NCBI RefSeq assembly: GCF_963921235.1
Contig: NC_086108.1
Location: 84,074,001-84,138,000, forward strand
Direction of reading: 5' to 3'
Source of the DNA: Mobula hypostoma
Lineage: Eukaryota
Length of the DNA: 64,000 bases
The position numbers and the translations under genes are program-made. Positions 61,601 to 64,000 of this stretch are shown in pieces; the first letter of the stretch is position 1, and each line of letters opens with the position of its first letter. Under the pieces are notes generated by a model that was not told where the DNA came from, did no database searches, and saw only the letters and a program-made list of their open reading frames with translations.

Positions 61601-64000
61601 GGATTGGAGCAGGGGGCAGGGATTTGTGTTTTTGGATCATTGGGACCACTATTGGTGCAGGGGTGACCTGTACAAAGGGGACGGGTTGCACTTGAATCAT
61701 AGGGGGACGAATATCCTGGCGGGGAGATTTGCAAGGGCTACTGAGGTGACTTCAAACTCGAAAGGTTGGGGGCACGGAATCAAATTAAGGAGACTAGGAG
61801 AGGGGAGGTTGATGTAGGGGGAAAAGGAAGAAAAACATAGCAAAGTTTGCTCCATTAAGGATAAACAGAGAGTGGGAGGTGGAGAGTTTCTTAAATGCAT
61901 CTATTTTAATGCAAGGAGCATTGTTAAGAAAGGTGGATGAGCTTAGAGCATGGATTGATACCTGGAAATATGATGTTGTAGCTATTAGTGAAACATGGTT
62001 GCAGGAGGGGTGTGATTGGCAACTAAATATTCCAGGATTTTGTTGCTTCAGGTGTGATAGAATAGGAGGGGCAAGAGGGGGAGGTGTTGCACTGCTTGTC
62101 AGAGAAAATATAACAGCGGTGCTCTGGCAGGATGGATTAGAGGGCTTGTCTAGGGAGGCTATTTGGGTGGAACTGAGGAATAGGAAAGGTGTTGTGACGC
62201 TTATAGGGGTGTATTATAGACCACCTAATGGGGACTGAGAACTGGAGAAGCAAATTTGTAAGGAGATAGCAGATATTTGTAGTAAGCACAAGGTTGTGAT
62301 TGTGGGAGATTTTAATTTTCCACACATAGACTGGGAAGCCCATTCTGTAAAAGGGCTGGATGGTTTGGAGTCTGTCAAATGTGTGCAAGATAGCTTTTTG
62401 GAGCAAAACATAGAGGTACCAACTAGAGAAGGGGCAGTGTTGGATCTCCTGTTAGGGAATGAGAGAGGGCAGGTGACAGAGGTATGTGTTGGGGAGAACT
62501 TTGGGTCAATTGATCACAATACCATTAGTTTCAGTATAATTATGGAGAAGGATAGGACTGGACCTAGGATTGAGATTTTTGATTGGAGAAAGGCTAACTT
62601 TGAGGAGATGCGAAAGGATTTAGAAGGAGTGGATTGGGACAGTTTGTTTTATGGGAAGGGTGTAATAGAGAAATGGAGGTTATTTAAAGGTGAAATTTTG
62701 AGGGTTCAGAATCTTTATGTTCCTGTTAGGTTGAAAGGAAAGGTTAAAAGTTTGAGAGAGCCATGGTTTTCAAGGGATATTGGAAACTTAGTTCGGAAAA
62801 AGAGAGGGATCTTCAATAAATATAGGCAGCTTGGAGTTAATGAGGTACTTGAGGAATATAAAGAATGTAAAAAGAATCTTAAGAAAGAAATTAGAAGAGC
62901 TAAAAGAAGATACGAGCCTGCTTTGGCAAGTAAGGTGAAAATAAATCCAAACGGTTTCTACAGTTATGTTAGTGGCAAAAGGATAGTGAGGGATAAAATT
63001 GGTCCCTTGGAGAATCAGAGTGGATGGCTATGTGCGGAGCCAAAAGAGATAGGGGAGATTGTGAACAATTTCTTTTCTTCGGTATTCAATAAGGAGAAGG
63101 ATATTGAATTGTGTAAGGTAAAGGAAACAAGAAGGGTAGTTATGTAAAGTATGACAATTAAAGAAGAGGAAGTACTGGCACTTTTAAGGAATATAAAAGT
63201 GGATAAGTCTCCGGGTCCGGACAAGATATTCCCTAGGACCTTGAGGGAAGTCAGTGTAAAAATAGCAGGGGCTCTGACAGAAATATTTCAAATGTCATTA
63301 GAAGCGGGGATGGTGCTGGAGGATTGGCATATTGCTCATGTGGTTCCATTGTTTAAAAAGGGGTCTAAGAGTAAACCTGGCAATTATCGGCCTGTGAGTT
63401 TGACGTCAGTGGTGGGTAAATTGATGGAAAGCATTCTTAGAGATGGTATATGTAATTATCTGTATAGACAGAGTCTGATTAGAAACAGTCAACATGGATT
63501 TGTGCGTGGAAGGTCATGTTTGACAAATCTTATTGAATTTTTTGATGAGGTTACTAAGAAGGTTGACAAGGGTAAAGTGGTGGATGTTGTCTATATGGAC
63601 TTCAGTAAGGCCTTTGACAAGGGTCCACATGGAAGGTTAGTTAGGAAGGTTCAATCGTTAGGCATTAATACGGAAGTAGTAAGATGGATTCAGCAGTGGC
63701 TAGATGGGAGACGCCAGAGAGCAGTGGTGGATAACTGTGTGTCAGATTGGAGGACGGTGTGCAGCGGTGTGCCTCAGGGATCTGTACTGGGTCCAATGTT
63801 GTTTGTCATATATATTAATGATCTGGATGATGGGGTGGTAAATTGGATTAGTAAGTATGCAGATGATACTAAGATAGGTGGCATTGTGGATGATGAGGTA
63901 GGTTTTCAAAGCTTGCAGAGAGATTTAGGACAGTTAGAAGAGTGGGCTGAAAGATGGCAGATGGAGTTTAATGCTGATAAATGTGAGGTGTTACATTTTG
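58635..64000 (+). mobile_element. Near full-length CR1 LINE (5' UTR, ORF1 zinc finger/leucine zipper plus SGNH esterase, ORF2 APE and RT). Disrupted; runs off the window
   Basis: ORF1: HICPRCVQMQLLRDRVRELELQL, VVIGDSIV, IGTNDIG, DGLHLN. ORF2: FNARSI, VAISETWL, VGDFNFPHIDW, QHGFVRGRSCLTNL, GVPQGSVLGP, YADDTK. Several stops and frameshifts. Confidence 0.95.
59545..61581 (-). mobile_element. Rex1/Babar-type LINE inserted antisense into the CR1 ORF1 esterase
   Basis: NNYRLVALTSHIMKTLERLV, TGAPQGTVLSPFLF, KFSDDSAIVG, KKGQSRLYFL. (tatgac)n tail at 59549-59565. Confidence 0.93.

Noticed and set aside
205..64000. Other ST3GAL3 exons (LNSAPV...FKWQDFKW; NIPTLG...) and an artemin cystine-knot exon
   Set aside because: Searched by eye for the diagnostic codon patterns and found none. 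They probably lie outside the window, though a manual search can miss a diverged exon.

Overview
Eukaryotic, repeat-dense vertebrate DNA. The repeat mix (CR1, Rex1/Babar, RTE and Penelope-like retroelements, V-/CORE-type SINEs, Tc1, Tigger and hAT DNA transposons) suggests a cartilaginous fish, probably a ray (inference). One host exon is clearly recognisable: a 147-nt phase-0 minus-strand exon at 4944-5090 encoding SPSDGFWKSVATVVPKEPKEIRILNPYFIREAAFTFIGLPVNNGMMGRG, which matches ST3GAL3 (ST3Gal III). I found no other ST3GAL3 exon, so the rest of the window appears to be intron. Almost all ORF-track entries are decayed transposon fragments or noise. The most interesting unexplained signals are: (1) an intronic same-strand unit at about 40560-40815 with a TATA box, a 44-codon GC3-rich small ORF, a second ATG and a strong donor; (2) a frame-preserving 15-nt candidate microexon (PDGKS); (3) further orphan exon-like segments; (4) Penelope-derived repeats carrying minimal hammerhead ribozyme motifs, including a head-to-head pair; (5) several long inverted repeats and multi-level TE nests. 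Repeat boundaries were read by eye and are approximate unless a TSD or TIR is quoted.
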